A DNA stretch of 63,705 bases, filler included, from Octopus bimaculoides (GCF_001194135.2; 5 parts of 5 records of this genome joined end to end with filler, not necessarily neighbours in it), one strand, 5' to 3'. Positions 38,270 through 51,859 are shown, counted from the first letter of the whole stretch. Made by a program: numbers and translations. The notes: generated by a model not told the origin, from the sequence alone.

Positions 38270-38380
38270 ACACTATATATNNNNNNNNNNNNNNNNNNNN
38301 NNNNNNNNNNNNNNNNNNNNNNNNTTAATTAATTAANNNNNNNNNNNNNNNNNNNNNNNNNNNNNNNNNNNNNNNNNNNN

Positions 38381-38417
<37 letters not shown>

Positions 38418-39209
38418 TATGACAGGCTTCTTTCAGTTTCCATCTACCGAATCCATTCATAAGGCTTTTGTCAGCCTGCGGCTATAGTAGAACACACCTG
38501 CCCAAGATGTCACGCGTCTTGCAACTCTGTGTTCAACCCTAGTGGCTAATTTGATGAAATAAAGATGACACACAGTGGCACTGAATATGTGGTTGGGAAG
38601 CAAGCGTCTTACTACGCAGCCACTCATGTAAAGGTAGGATCCAAAGATCAAGGTGTAGGAAGATAGCAAGCTTTGAGCAGTCTGTGAGCAGGAGGGGGCT
38701 GCTGTGTATGCGAATAGAAATCCAAAATTAAGGAATGAAGTAGATAAAACCCAGGCTACATATGTTTCGTAGCTAGCAGAACCTCAGAAGTAGTAATTAT
38801 CCAAACGAGGGGTAATCTGCTAGCTACTCATTGGGCCAAAGATACCTTATTATATATATATATATAGGCACAGGAGTGGCTGTGTGGTAAGTAGCTTGCT
38901 TACCAACCACATGGTTCCGGCTTCAGTCCCACTACAGATGCCACGTGGGTATTCTATTTCAGATAATACAAAAATAACCCAATGAGTACATCTGACAGTA
39001 AACTCATGGTATCAGTTTGCACATCACAAAATAATAGTTAAAGGATATAACGGAAATTACCAGCAGGGTATATAATATATACTTCATTAATTATATCCTA
39101 CATTAGTTAATACTTATATTTATTAAACATGAAGGAACTACACGTGTTTCAGTATTGGAAGATTACAATATATATACATATGCACAACTGTATACCTATA
39201 TATATAGGT

Positions 39210-39420
39210 ATGGGAGAATTCATGAAAAAACAACATACGAAGACAGGTGGTGTAAACAACAAATGGATGTATTAGTATAATGCTCGGGAATAGAGAAAGT
39301 CTTTAACGTTTCGAGCCTATGCTCTCCAACAGAAAGGAACACAGAAAGAAATAAAGAGAGAAACAAGGAAAGAAAAAAAGGAGAGAGAAAATGTGTAGTG
39401 GTCAGTGATCTATCATAAAT
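39210..39420 (-). mobile_element. Penelope-like terminal-repeat fragment with a hammerhead motif
   Basis: Clear homology to 11812-12000 and 57995-58160. Confidence 0.6.
39300..39337 (-). ncRNA. Minimal hammerhead motif, probably inactivated (A6U plus A9G)
   Basis: CCUUU-CUGUUGG-A-GAGC(AUAG)GCUC-GAAAC-GUU-AAAGA. Confidence 0.55.
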
Positions 39421-40800
39421 ACGTATATGCAATCGTCAGATTTACAATTATTCCAACACATCTTCAGGTTCTATTTCAAAATATTATATATCTAATTTTA
39501 CATCCCTTTAAAAATAAGCAATACAATTAAGCATTAAAGAGTAAAAATTAAAAATCAAGAAAAAAAATTATACATTATAAATATGAATTAGTATATATAT
39601 CAATCATGTAAAATCAAGTAAGTATATGTCAAATACAGAATGTGAGATATAAGATTAAACATCATAATAAAAATGTCTGTGTTTAAATGTGATATATAAC
39701 AAGAGAATTCAAATACATACCCTCCATTTTTTTACTGGAACTAAAATGGTGATTTGAGGAAGAAGATAGCAGGGAACTATGGGTATTTATAGGTGATTAG
39801 TAGCAAGGGAGGTAATTATACTATACATATTTTTAATTTTAAATCATCCTTTATTATTTTCAAATTTACCAATATTGAGAGGTATATATAATTTGTCATT
39901 ATATCATTTTAGTAATATTGTATTCATATATTTATTTTATTTAAATTATTGCATTATTTTTTTATTTATTTATATATATATTTTTTATTTATTTATATAG
40001 TTTTTATTTATTTATATAGTCAAGTGCTTTAGAAATAAAATTATGTGGTTATTTGATTCAGGGGTTGGGTTTCAGTACTTCATTTTACTAAATGTAAAAT
40101 TACTCCTGCATTTAACTCCTCATTCATCATGTGTGTTTAGTAATTCATCACTAGACTGAAGTAGTTTCATAAATTCAGTTATGCATAATAAACACATTTT
40201 ATTCCCAATATTATAGGAGTGGGCTCTGAGCACAGAGCTGTTGACATTTACTGCATGCTGGCTCACCACTTCTCTGAGATCAAATCGGCATCAAGGATTA
40301 TAACTCGCTTCACCAATCCAAGAAACAATAGCAGTACAGTTTAAATGCATTCCACTCTTTTCTGTGTAAATCCAAGTCACTTGGCGACTGGAAATAAGGC
40401 CAAGCAATTGTTTATACTAATGACAGTAATTGAGTCAGAAACACGTATCTACAACTCTCCTCTTATCTCTAGACAATAAAATAAGTCTGTTGTTTTCCTT
40501 CGGGGCATATCAGCTTTGGAGACTTCTTGAATCTTGATATTATTTCCCCTTCAAGAGGAGCTGGTCTTTATTGCCATTTAATAATTATGGTACTTTTTCT
40601 AGAGGTGAAGATGATTTTAATAAATCAAAAAAATTATGATGTATGGTATCTGATATACCTGTATTTGTCGATATAGTGAACATGATTTGTTAGCATGTTT
40701 CGTTGAGGTCAAGGCTTCCTGCGTATGGGTCAGTGCCATATTAGAAGCATTCATATCAAGGCCTTGTTTTACAAATCCTATTGCTATCATGCTACAGTAG
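39420..40800 (-). mobile_element. Putative decayed Penelope-like element body (GIY-YIG endonuclease C-terminus)
   Basis: 40233-40120 reads VLRAHSYNIGNKMCLLCITEFMKLLQSSDELLNTHDE*, resembling the PLE GIY-YIG tail (Y....K.C.LC..E......LLN...E). It lies just 5' (on the minus strand) of a hammerhead-bearing repeat. No RT motifs recognised. Confidence 0.45.
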
Positions 40801-41730
40801 ACTCAATATGAATAAATCTTTCAGTTTAGATTATTAGCCACACACTTGAACACTTTAGCCACCATAGACCTCTTTTGTCAAAAATAAATAGATAAAAAGA
40901 GAAAACGAGAGGGAGAGAAATGAAAAAGAAAAAAAAATTACTGTTCCACTATCTTAAATTTCAAATCTATTTCCTACTGTTTATTGCTGCCTGTATTTCC
41001 CCCTTAATGTTGCAATTCAGCTCGTATAATGGAAACCCTTCAACTGACTGCACAGAGAGAAGTGGAGAAATAATTTAGTAGAAGATTTCTTCTTTGACAA
41101 GAAGGCAAGAACTGTCCAAGAAATATGATACAAAAACAATTTGCCATTGTTCAAGAGTATTCTTCTATATCCCAAATGGGTTTCTGATGCAACCATATCA
41201 AGATGGTTACTCAACTTTCATCAGTGGATCAAAAGTCCGACCAAGTCAACTATGATAAATTGAAATCTAGAACAGAATTTAACACTTGGGTAACCAAAAC
41301 GGTTTTGATTGGGATTAAGCGTTTTAGTTGGCTGATTAGTATCGTATATGCGAGTCATATCGCTTCGTGTTAGCAACCACCCATGATAACCGCTTAGTCA
41401 GTTTGACATTTTTTTTTTAATTTTTTTTTACTATGTCTTCTAAGTAGCATTCACCAAGCATGACTAGGCACATGTGATAGATGACACTTTCACCCCGCAT
41501 AAAAACATTAATTCTGTCAAAAATTTTCGTTTCTAACCAAATCCCATTTTTCAATATAATGGCTTATACAACGGTCGCAGTGGAAGTGGCAGTGGTGGTG
41601 TTAAAGACAAAAACAAATTTTTAAAAAATATCTAAAAAAATGTCAAGCATGATGCCATCTACTCATTTTGGTGTTGGTAATGGCAAAGATTTTATTTTGC
41701 TTATTCAAGAATCATCTCACAACACACTAA

Positions 41731-41779
<49 letters not shown>

Positions 41780-41794
41780 CATATATAGTGTGAA

Positions 41795-42051
41795 GACACA
41801 TGGCTCAGTGGCTAGAGTGTCAGACTCACAATCATAAGGTAGTGAGTTTGATTCATTGACCGGGATGTATGTTGTGTTCTTGAGCAAGTAACTTTATTTC
41901 ACGTTGCTCCAGTTCACTCAGCTGTAGAAATGAGTTGCGACGTCACAAGTGCCAAGCTGTATTGGCTTTTGCCTTTCCCTTGGATAACATCGATGGCATG
42001 GAAAGGGGAGGCTGGTATGCATGTGCGACTGGTGCTCTTCCATAAACAACC
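41795..42051 (+). mobile_element. SINE family C copy
   Basis: A and B boxes plus the shared central domain; homologous to 34071-34400. Confidence 0.8.
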
Positions 42052-42316
42052 TTACAGTGGGACTGAACCCGGAACCATATGGTTGGGAAACGAGCTTCTT
42101 ATCACACAACCACGCCTGCACTTGTGTTTATGTATGTATGTATGAATGTGTGTGCGCGCATGCAAGTACATATGTCCTTAAATGATGGTGACGTAGCCTC
42201 ACCAATGGTATCCTGCTGTCCAATGGACATTTAATTCTTGGTTGAAGGATACACAAAAGAGAGGGTGAGATATTTCCGTTACCGCTTCCTCCATATTTCT
42301 CTGTGGTGTAATAATT

Positions 42317-42507
42317 TCTTTTTACTCTTTAACTCGTTTCAGTCATTTGACTGTGGCCATGTTGGAGCACTACGTTTCGTCGAACAAATTGACCGCAGGA
42401 CTCATTCTTTGTAAGGCTAGTACGTATTCTATCGGCCTCTTTTGCCTAACTGCTAAGTTACGGGGACATAAACACAACAGCATCGGTTGTCAAGCAATGG
42501 AGAGAGA

Positions 42508-42566
<59 letters not shown>

Positions 42567-42731
42567 TAAAACAGGCTTCTTTCAGTTTCTGTCTATCAAA
42601 TCCACTCAAAAGGCTTTGGTCGGCCCGAGGCTATAGTAGAAGACACTTGCCCAAGGTGTCACGCAGTGGGACTGAACCCAGAACCATGTGGTTGGTAAGC
42701 AAGCTACTTACCACACACCCACTCCTGCACC
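42317..42731 (-). mobile_element. SINE family A, full-length copy
   Basis: Reverse complement of the 18732-19207 layout. Confidence 0.88.
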
Positions 42732-43049
42732 CATAGTAGTGATCTTATTTCTATTAAATTTTTTTTCACAAAACGCAGCATTCTATGAGGGTAGCAATGC
42801 TGAATATCAGTTTCTGTACTGCTAAGTGAACAAAAGAAGAAAGAAAACTAAAAGGAAAAGAAAAAAAAACTCATACACAGAAAATTAGTAGTTAATTGTA
42901 GAGAATAAAAGTATTTGAATTGAAACACCATAAAACAACACCTCCATCACGTTTTGAACTTGCAACTCACAAAGTCAGAGTCCAACATTTCATCCAATCA
43001 ATCATTCAATAATTATACATCCAAAGCACTAACACTGTGCTCTAAAAAA

Positions 43050-43050
43050 C

Positions 43051-43096
<46 letters not shown>

Positions 43097-43114
43097 GTGG
43101 TGATGATGGTGGTG

Positions 43115-43146
<32 letters not shown>

Positions 43147-43156
43147 GATGATGATG

Positions 43157-43190
<34 letters not shown>

Positions 43191-43215
43191 TAATAATAAT
43201 AACAATAATAACAAT
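43050..43215. repeat. Compound (GAT)n/(GGT)/(AAT)n microsatellite
   Basis: Direct reading; produces the spurious poly-H, poly-M and poly-S ORFs. Confidence 0.95.
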
Positions 43216-45191
43216 AAGTTGCCACCACCATTGTTGTTGTCATCATCATTGCCATGGAGTATCAAACTGGAACAATCATTAGTGCATCAGGAAAAAACTT
43301 TTTTGCAATATTGGTTCATTTGTTGTGGCTCTTTATGTTCTGGGTTCAAACAGTGTGAAGGTCAACTTGGCCTTTCATATGTTCACGGGGCCAATAAAAA
43401 CAAAGTATTCATCAAATATTGGAGTCGGTGTAACTGACTTACCTCCTCTCCATGAAATTGCTGGCCTTATCCCAAAAAGTCCAAAACAAAGAGAAATAAA
43501 CACATGCACACACACACATGGGATTCTTTCAGTTTCCACCTATCAAATTCATTCACAAGGCTTTGATCAGCTCAAAGATATACTAGAAGATGCCCGGTCA
43601 CCATGCTTGACCACTAAATCCACAAGTTGTTTTATTCTCTCCCTGTTTATTTTCTCTTATTTCTTCTTGTTGAAAAGTGTAGGCCAGATGAGGACAGATA
43701 TCCGTCGAATGTAAATAATGTAAATAGTGAAGTTAGCAGATGCCAACAATATTATCAACTGGAAGAGCAATTAAGGTAGCTTTCTCGAGAAAAGTTTGAT
43801 ACTTATTCTCCCTGCAGCTTCGTATGGTGTGACAATGTGAAATGAAGTGTCCTGCAATTAAGTCAGTGCACAATTTTAATTGGGTAAATTAATAAAGAAG
43901 AAAAATATTGCTGTTGGCTTACTGAAATATCGATTCTGGTCATTATCAGCAATGCTATTTTATAAAATGTCTTCCAAGACCCTAAGTTTTACTTTTCACT
44001 CCCACAGTGGAAATAATAATTGATAGCTGAAGACCAATCGGTAAGAATAGCCAGCTCTGAAAGTTCCTCTACAAAATGACAGCCTTTTGCATGATTAAAT
44101 GTAATCATGTGTATTGTATGTGTGGTTTCATCTTGAAGCACATCTGCTCATTCCATCATTACAATCCATTATATAGTCTCAGTTGCTGCTGTATGTTAAT
44201 TTAAAATGCATATTTTTTCGGAGGCACCAGGTGAGTCGAATTCACTTAACTAAAATTCTTGAAGGTGGTGCCCCAGTATGGCCACAGTCTAATGACTGAA
44301 ACAAGTAAAGGATAAGATATCAGAATATTACATTATCCATGTGCTCTTTTTTGTTTTTATAAAATGGTATGTTGTGGTTTAAGAGGGATTTGGCTGTTGT
44401 TTCAAGCAGAGTGAATGATTTCTTAGAAGTCCGCAAGCTGGCTCCCACCTGTAACTCATGTGTCCAGCACCTGTAGATATGAAATTACATACAATCGTTT
44501 AATCTCTTCCAGAAGTGTATTATTACATTTCGGTATCTTATGTCAAATTAAAAACCACACCCCACAGCTCTTATAAAATATCTTAATCCAACATGTTACC
44601 AATCAAATCAATAAGAAAAGCCTGATGTGGTTACTCAAATCTCCTGGAAATAACAACCAAATCTCTTAAGAATTTCTTCTACTGTCTTAAAAAAATATAT
44701 GTAAAGGACACATTGGATAACATAACCCTATGGAAGGAGGGAAACCAGATTGGATGGCCACAACTGGAACACATTTGATCATCACAGTTCTGGATTTGGG
44801 TTGCCCTGGGACTAAACAATAACAAATCCTTCCTGAGTTATATAGACTCATAGAGCTGGCTTCCAGGGTTTCTATGGTGCATATGTCCGGCATGCTAGCT
44901 TAATAATAATTCCTTCTAGTTTTGGCACAAGGCCAGTAATTTTGAGGTGGTAGGTAGGAAATCAATTACATTAACCCTAGTGCTCGAAAGGATGAAAGGG
45001 AAATTTGACTTTTCCAGGACTTGAAATAGGTGTACAAAATGTCAGATCAAATTCCAGACAACATTCTATCCAACACTAATGATTAAGTAAATCCTAAAAA
45101 TAACAATAATAATTGTTTCTAAATTTAGGCACAAAGTCAACAGTTATGAGGAGAGAAAGAGAGAGAGTTAGTCATTTACATCCTCTGATAT

Positions 45192-45595
45192 TCTTTTATT
45201 CGTGTCAGTCATTTGGCTGCGACCGTGCTGGAGCACTGCCTTTAGTCGAACAAATCAACCCTAGGACTTATTCTTTGTAAGCCCAGTACTTATTCTATCG
45301 GTCTCTTTTTGCCGAACCGCTAAGTTACGGGGACGTAAACACACCAGCATCAGTTGTCAAGCGATGTTGGAGGGACAAACACAGACACACAAACATATAC
45401 ACACACATACATATATATATATATCCACATATATACGAGCTTCTTTGAGTTTCCATCTACCAAATCCACTCACAAGGCTTTGGTTGGCCCGAGGCTATAG
45501 TAGAAGACACTTGCCCAAGGTGCCATGCAGTGGGACTGAACCCCGGAACCATGTGGCTGGTAAGCAAGCTACTTACCACACAGCCAGTCCTGCGC
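45192..45595 (-). mobile_element. SINE family A, full-length copy
   Basis: As above. Confidence 0.88.
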
Positions 45596-45694
45596 AGTTA
45601 GTTAATATTATGTTTCCATATAAGAATACATACAACTAGAGTCAAGGAAAAGATGGTTGAGAGCCAAGAAGTAAGACAGGTCTTGTCTCACATG

Positions 45695-45919
45695 CAGTGA
45701 TTCTCAACCCTTTGATTACCATTTTACTCTGGGGGACCCCCATAGCCATTTGATATTTAAATACTAGTTTTACAGATACTTCTTTCAAAAATTCCTATTT
45801 TGTTTTTCAAACATTAAAGAAACGTAGCTGTTTCTTGCAATAAATACATCCAAATAAAAATTGTTTTCATGGACCCCTGGGGGGGGGGGATCATATAGGG
45901 CCCTGGCTGAGGGCCGTTG
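45695..45919. mobile_element. Degenerate hAT-like MITE
   Basis: Left end CAGTGATTCTCAACC; right end GGCTGAGGGCCGTTG matches only partly; no TSD. Confidence 0.5.
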
Positions 45920-46204
45920 GTCCAATAATGTATAGTTTAAAATACAGGCTGCAAGTGAATTTGATTTTGTCATATGTTCAAACAGAAATGGTAAGAGTTT
46001 TTTTTTGTTTGCTTGATCAGTAATGAGGTTTTCTGTGGAAGGAAGGCAAACGCTTTTATAAGCTTCAGCTGTGTATAGACTTACCCTGACCCCCCCCCCC
46101 TCCTGTGCCCTTGTATCAGGTTTCTGCAACCATATTTATCTGGCTATTGATTTGATTTTGAAACTAACAAGATAACAGTAGAGGGAAGTTAGAGATAGGT
46201 AGAT

Positions 46205-46252
<48 letters not shown>

Positions 46253-47251
46253 GGGAATGATATGATAAAATAGAAAATAGAAGACATTAAAGAACAAGTG
46301 AAAAGGTAAACAATAAGAACAAGTGAAAAGGAAAACAACAGGACAAAGAAGGTGGGGGAGAAAGAAAGAAAGGAAAGAGGATGAAGAAAATGAAAAGTAA
46401 AACAATGACAGAATGAAAAAAGAATATGACAAGAGGAAAAGACAGCAATAGAAGACTTGGTAGTGGTGGTGGTGGTGGTGGTGGTGGTGGTGGATTTTGT
46501 CATGATGTGGGTGGAAGATTTGGTGGTGGTTGTGGGTGTGGCAACAGGCATGAACATTAGAAAAGAAAGGAGAACAACAGCCCCATTAGATAAAGAAACA
46601 AACACCTAAAGAATACAGGGAAGGTAAAAACAAGTTAATATAAAATAATAAAAACAAATTTGAAATGTAGGGGTTTGGGGAACAGTAGGAGTTGATAAGG
46701 ACATGAGAGAAAGGACAAACCTGATTGATAATAATAATAATAGAAATGAATTGATGGTAAGAAGACCAGAAGGGAAGAAAAAGACAACGAAAGAAACATA
46801 AGACTTATAAGGAGAATTATAATAATAAGGACACACAGTTTATAGGTTTAGAGAAAACCTATCCACACTAGGCTGGACAGTAATCAATACAACATATTTC
46901 TTATAGAAAGGGGAAACGGTAAAATTATCTCCCAACAACTATAAATCAGTAAGAAAGTGTCAGCTATAGCTAGGCTGATTGAACTCTGGTTTCCATCAGT
47001 AAGTTTGTACTTGATTAACCATAGAGACTTGGTAGAGCTTTAGAAGTCTGCCAGTGGAAGTGGACCCAGAACTCCGATTAGCTGGCTTTTCACACCAACT
47101 CTAGTGCTTATAATGTAACATTATATTTTTAAGTTGAATGTACTTGAAAGAGCATCTCTCTCTCTCTCAAGTACTGTCCTTTTCACTAAACTAAAACATG
47201 TGGTAGATGATAGAAAAAGGATTAAATTTAACGCTATGGGAAAAAGAAACA

Positions 47252-47414
47252 GGCGCAGGAGTGGCTGTGTGGTAAGTAACTTGCTTCCCAACCACATGGT
47301 TCCAGGTTCAGTCCCACTGCGTAGCACCTTGGCCAAGTGTCTTTTACTATAGCCTCAGGCCGACCAAAGCCTTCTGAGTGGATTTGGTAGACGGAAACTG
47401 AAAGAAGCTCGTAT

Positions 47415-47465
<51 letters not shown>

Positions 47466-47634
47466 TTCTGTGTCTCCCCACCACTGCATGACAACTGACG
47501 TTGATGTGTTTACGTCCCTGTAACTTAGCGGTTCAGCAAAAAAGACCAATAGAATACATACTAGGTTTGCAAAGAATAAGTCCTGGGACCGATTTGTTTG
47601 CCTGAAAGCAGTGCTCTAGCATGGCCACAATCAA
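47252..47634 (+). mobile_element. SINE family A, near full-length copy
   Basis: As above. Confidence 0.88.
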
Positions 47635-47828
47635 AGGAGGGTAGGTTCTTAATTAAAACCATCATGTGTTAGGAGAAAATTTCATGTAAAAAGCAATATA
47701 TTTATTGGGATGAGTTCATTTCCTTCCATTGACAAAGGAACTAAATATGTGAAGTGTTGCTGTAAATGCCTTCAGAAGACCCATGGGGCCATAAGAACTG
47801 GTGTTTAATTTCTATTTCATAATATTAA

Positions 47829-48070
47829 CCCTTTTGATACCAACCCAGCTGAAAGCGCTTCTGGCTCTGTAGTACAAATGTCTTATGTCTTGTTTTCTCG
47901 TAAGTTTTGAATTAAAATCTTCCACCAAACCTTAGTCACAATATATGTTCCTAACACTAGCTTAATGATAACTAAGCTATTTTGCTAAATTTGGCCGCTG
48001 TCCAATGACTGAAACAGGTAAAAGATAAGAGATGAATTACAATTTACAGAATAACCCAAATGTTAAAGAG
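47829..48070. mobile_element. piggyBac-like MITE (TTAA flanks), partly replaced by a SINE tail
   Basis: TTAA|CCCTTTTGATACC...AAAGAG|TTAA; first 160 bp homologous to 49822-49980. Confidence 0.65.
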
Positions 48071-49314
48071 TTAAGAAGAATCTCTCCCCCAACCTTAACC
48101 TCACCTCCCCCTGTCAAACAGAATGCTAGCTCTATCTAAAAATACTCACATGCTAATTGACATTTTTTTCTTTTTGACCCAGATAAATTTAAAGTGTCAA
48201 ATATTAGAACAAAAGTGAGAAGACTTAGAAATAGGCTAAAGGTCAAGTCAGGTCAGGTCAACACTTAAAAAAACTAGTGGCAATCTGCTCTTTTGTTTAT
48301 AGTGATGTCATGGTTGTTACACTTGCTTGCTGCCTGACACAGCTTTCACACTTGCTTCTCTCACATGCTGGGTTCAACTTAACTGTAATGGTGTTGTACC
48401 ACACAGATGTATAATGAGAGACAATGAGCTAGATATGGGCTTCATCTATGATCCCCAACTGGGGTTCATATAAGGTTTTTGTTGCTAAAATTTAAGTGCA
48501 ATAAACTTGTTCCAAAGAAATATTAGCTGATTTTTCATACTTTCCAAGGGTAAGCAAACAGGAAATAACAGTTGCTACCCAAGGACAAAAATCATGTTAT
48601 ACAGTGGAATCACAGATGTTTGGCTGAAGCAACAATTTATGAAAGGACCTTTACATATTTTCTCAACAAATCCATTATTCTGCTTCTGCTAGTTTCTCCC
48701 CCCCCCCTCTCTCTGTTCTTATTAAAAAGCAATTATCTTTTGTTTACTGGTGACAAGCTCATCCTTTGTTTGATATTTTAATTATTATTCCATCAAATGC
48801 GTTTCTTATAATGTATATTTATTAAGTATATCCTGCTTAATTCTATTCTCAACTCAGCAGACTTCATTATTATTATTATTAATTCCTTTTTTTCCTTTTC
48901 AAGAGCTACGTTTTTCTTTTCAACGCCCGAGATCACAAAAGATGTGAATGGTAATTAGAACCATGAAAATTTAAGTCATCATCTTCTCATGCTTCTTGTC
49001 TTTGTTAAACATAACATAAATGTATTTTCAGACATCTAGGGTTTTTGTCACACACACACACACACACACGCAAATATTCACACAACTTGTGATTAATTTA
49101 ATAATTTGGTAGTATGTGAGAAAAGCTATTTAAAGATAATCCATTCATTAATATTTATTAATGCAATTTCTAATATAATTCTGGAGTATTGATAAGTGAT
49201 GGTGACGGTGGTGGTGGTGGTGGCAATGATGATGATGATAATGATGATGGTGATGGTGGCATTCACTGTCATAATACAGAATATGCTGTTGCTTCTGCTT
49301 TATGTATCTGCTAT

Positions 49315-50182
49315 CAGTTACTTGTATCAGTCATTGGACCACAACCATGCTGGGGTACTGCCTTGAAGGGTTTACTTGAACCAATCGACCCCAGTACTTG
49401 GGTTTTTTTTTTCAAGCCCGGTACTTATTCTATTGGTCCCTATTGCTGAACCACTAAGTTATGGGGGGACATACACAAACCAACACTGGTTGTCAAGTGG
49501 TGGTGTAGGACTAATACATACCAAAGACACACACACACACACACAAACACAAATGACAGACTTCTTTCAGTTCAGTTTCCATTTACCAAATCCACTCAAT
49601 TTTTTTAAAATTTTTTTTTATCACAAGGCCCGAAATTTTGGGGGAGGGGGCCAATCGATTAGATCAACCCCAGTACACAACCAGTACTTAATTTATGAAC
49701 CTCGAAAGGATGAAAGGCAAAGTCGACCTCGGCGGAATTTGAACTCAGAACATAAAGACACAAAATACAGCTAAGCATTTCGCCTGGCATGCTAACATTT
49801 CTGCCAGTTCACCACCTTTAACCCTTTTGTTACCAGTCCAGCTGAAACCGGCTCTGGCTCTGTAGTACAAGTGTCTTGTTTCCATTCATAAGTTTTGAAC
49901 TAAAATCTTCCACCAAACCTTAATCACAATTAATGTTCCGAACACTAGCTTAATGATAATTGAGTTATTTTACTAAATTCTTTGTTATATTTAAAATTAA
50001 TTGAAAGACACACATAGCATCTCAAAATAAATACAGTAACGAAAGGGTTAAATCCACTCAATTTGGTTGGTCAAGTGCTGTAGCAGAAGGTACTTTACTC
50101 TAGGTGCCATGTAGTGGGACAGAACCTGAAACCATGTGATTGGGAAGCATACTTCTTACCACACAGTCACACCTGTGCCTAT
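49315..50182 (-). mobile_element. SINE family A copy interrupted by a nested family B SINE and a piggyBac-like MITE
   Basis: Halves at 49315-49602 and 50050-50182 are joined by the duplicated 15-mer AAATCCACTCAATTT. Confidence 0.8.
49822..50047. mobile_element. piggyBac-like MITE, 226 bp
   Basis: TTAA TSDs at 49818-21 and 50048-51; TIRs CCCTTTTGTTAC / GTAACGAAAGGG (11 of 12 match). Confidence 0.85.
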
Positions 50183-51554
50183 ATAGTTTTTAGAAAAGTC
50201 CTCATAAATTTGAAAGAGTGGAAAATTTCCTTTGCCTTCCTGGAGATTGTTCATGTTTTTTTTTTGTTTTTTTTTTTTGCTATTTGATCTTTTTCTCCGT
50301 GTTTTGTTATATAAGTGGGCAAGTGGGCTTAGTGCATATCTTTCCAGTTAAATAGATATTTTTCCTTAAAGACAGATGTAAAAAAAAAAAAAAAAATGTA
50401 GCACAGTAGCAACTTGAAAGCAGTTAATCAAATAACTTGACTTCAAACTCTGTTATAACACCTTGGAGACAAGTCTTGAATCAACACCTCTTCCTTTCTT
50501 CCCCCCCCACCCCCGCCACCTCCACTATTTTCACCATCTCTGCTCCATCACTGGAAAAGCAGATGCTAAAAATCAAGGAATCTTATACTCATTGATTTCA
50601 AATAGAAGGGCCAAATAGTGTTTCAAAGAGAGAGAGAGATGATATAATTGACCACATCGACCGAAATAATATTGCCAGTACTCATTCTACCACCAAATCC
50701 CAGAGGGATGCAAGTAAGGTTAACCCTCTGACAGGATCTGAACAGAGAGCCAATAAAGTAATGCATTTAGTTTATCGATCAAACTCGCTTGGTCATCTCC
50801 AACAAGAATTTTTTTTTTCTTTTTTTTTTTTATGTTCTACTCCTAAGTTGGCTATCTGCAAAAGTGAAAATGGCAATTACCATTTAGACTTCAGTGAAGA
50901 GGTTTTACCATGAAGCAACGATATCCATCAACCAAAATACTAATATCAATATTTCCTTTCAACAAAAATGAAAATTTGCAGAAGTAGCCTACTTATATGT
51001 CTTTCAAAAACACATCCATTACCAACTAATATGACTTTGCTGCAGTATATAAGATGTATAAGATATTGTATAAATGCAGTAGTCTTCTGTTTTATATTCA
51101 CTAAATAGACGCGAAGACGCTGATTTTATCAGGAAGGGAAAACTGAACATGTGAAATCCAGATTTTTTCTTCCGCCGCTGCCATTAGTAAGTCTAACAGA
51201 ATGAAATGGAACCTGTACAAAACTTAGCTTGTTGGAAGCTACTTTTCTCTATTTTATGTTCTAGTTTTCGACTGATTAGGAGGCTTTTAATTACAAATTG
51301 CTTCACACCACTATTAATTACAGAACGGATGTTCACAGATGGTAAAGAGTTGTCCTGGGGCGAGACATTAAACTGCATCTGGTGGTGAGGCTCCAGACTA
51401 GGAGTTCAGAAATTTTTAGCGAGTGTGGATTTCTTACCCCTTAGTCCCCAATCACTCATTACTCCTAGGTCAGCTGAAGTTGTGTCAGCCAAGGACTCCA
51501 GTTATAAATCACAACAAAAAATGGGGTCCTACAGCTAAAGAATACAGGACTTAA

Positions 51555-51787
51555 CCCTCACTGTACTGATTAAATTTTTTGCCGGTGATGTAACATGTTA
51601 ATCATATGCAAATCAGCTCTCATAAACTCTTTCTATTGGCCAGTAAAAATAAAATATGCGTATTATGTCATTTGAAATGTGACAAAGTCTGGAAAGTACC
51701 TTATTATCAAACTCAAGTTAACTCATTTCCTATGTCTCAATTGCATGTGCATGGAACCAAGTATTTTCAATATCCACACAATAAGGG
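51555..51787. mobile_element. piggyBac-like MITE, second family, 233 bp
   Basis: TTAA|CCCTCACTGT...ACAATAAGGG|TTAA; TIRs match at 8 of 10. Confidence 0.7.
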
Positions 51788-51859
51788 TTAAAGAAGGTTG
51801 ACTACTAGACACATGTCATACAGGCATACTGGTATGTGGGCATGTCCTAATGTCAGCAC

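Noticed and set aside
43818-43883. Frame with a single in-frame TGA (LRMV*QCEMKC) suggesting selenocysteine
   Set aside because: No recognisable selenoprotein motif or SECIS; the next segment stops after two codons.
48239-48261. AGGTCA nuclear-receptor half-site cluster
   Set aside because: Explained as a short (AGGTC)n pentamer repeat; no supporting context.
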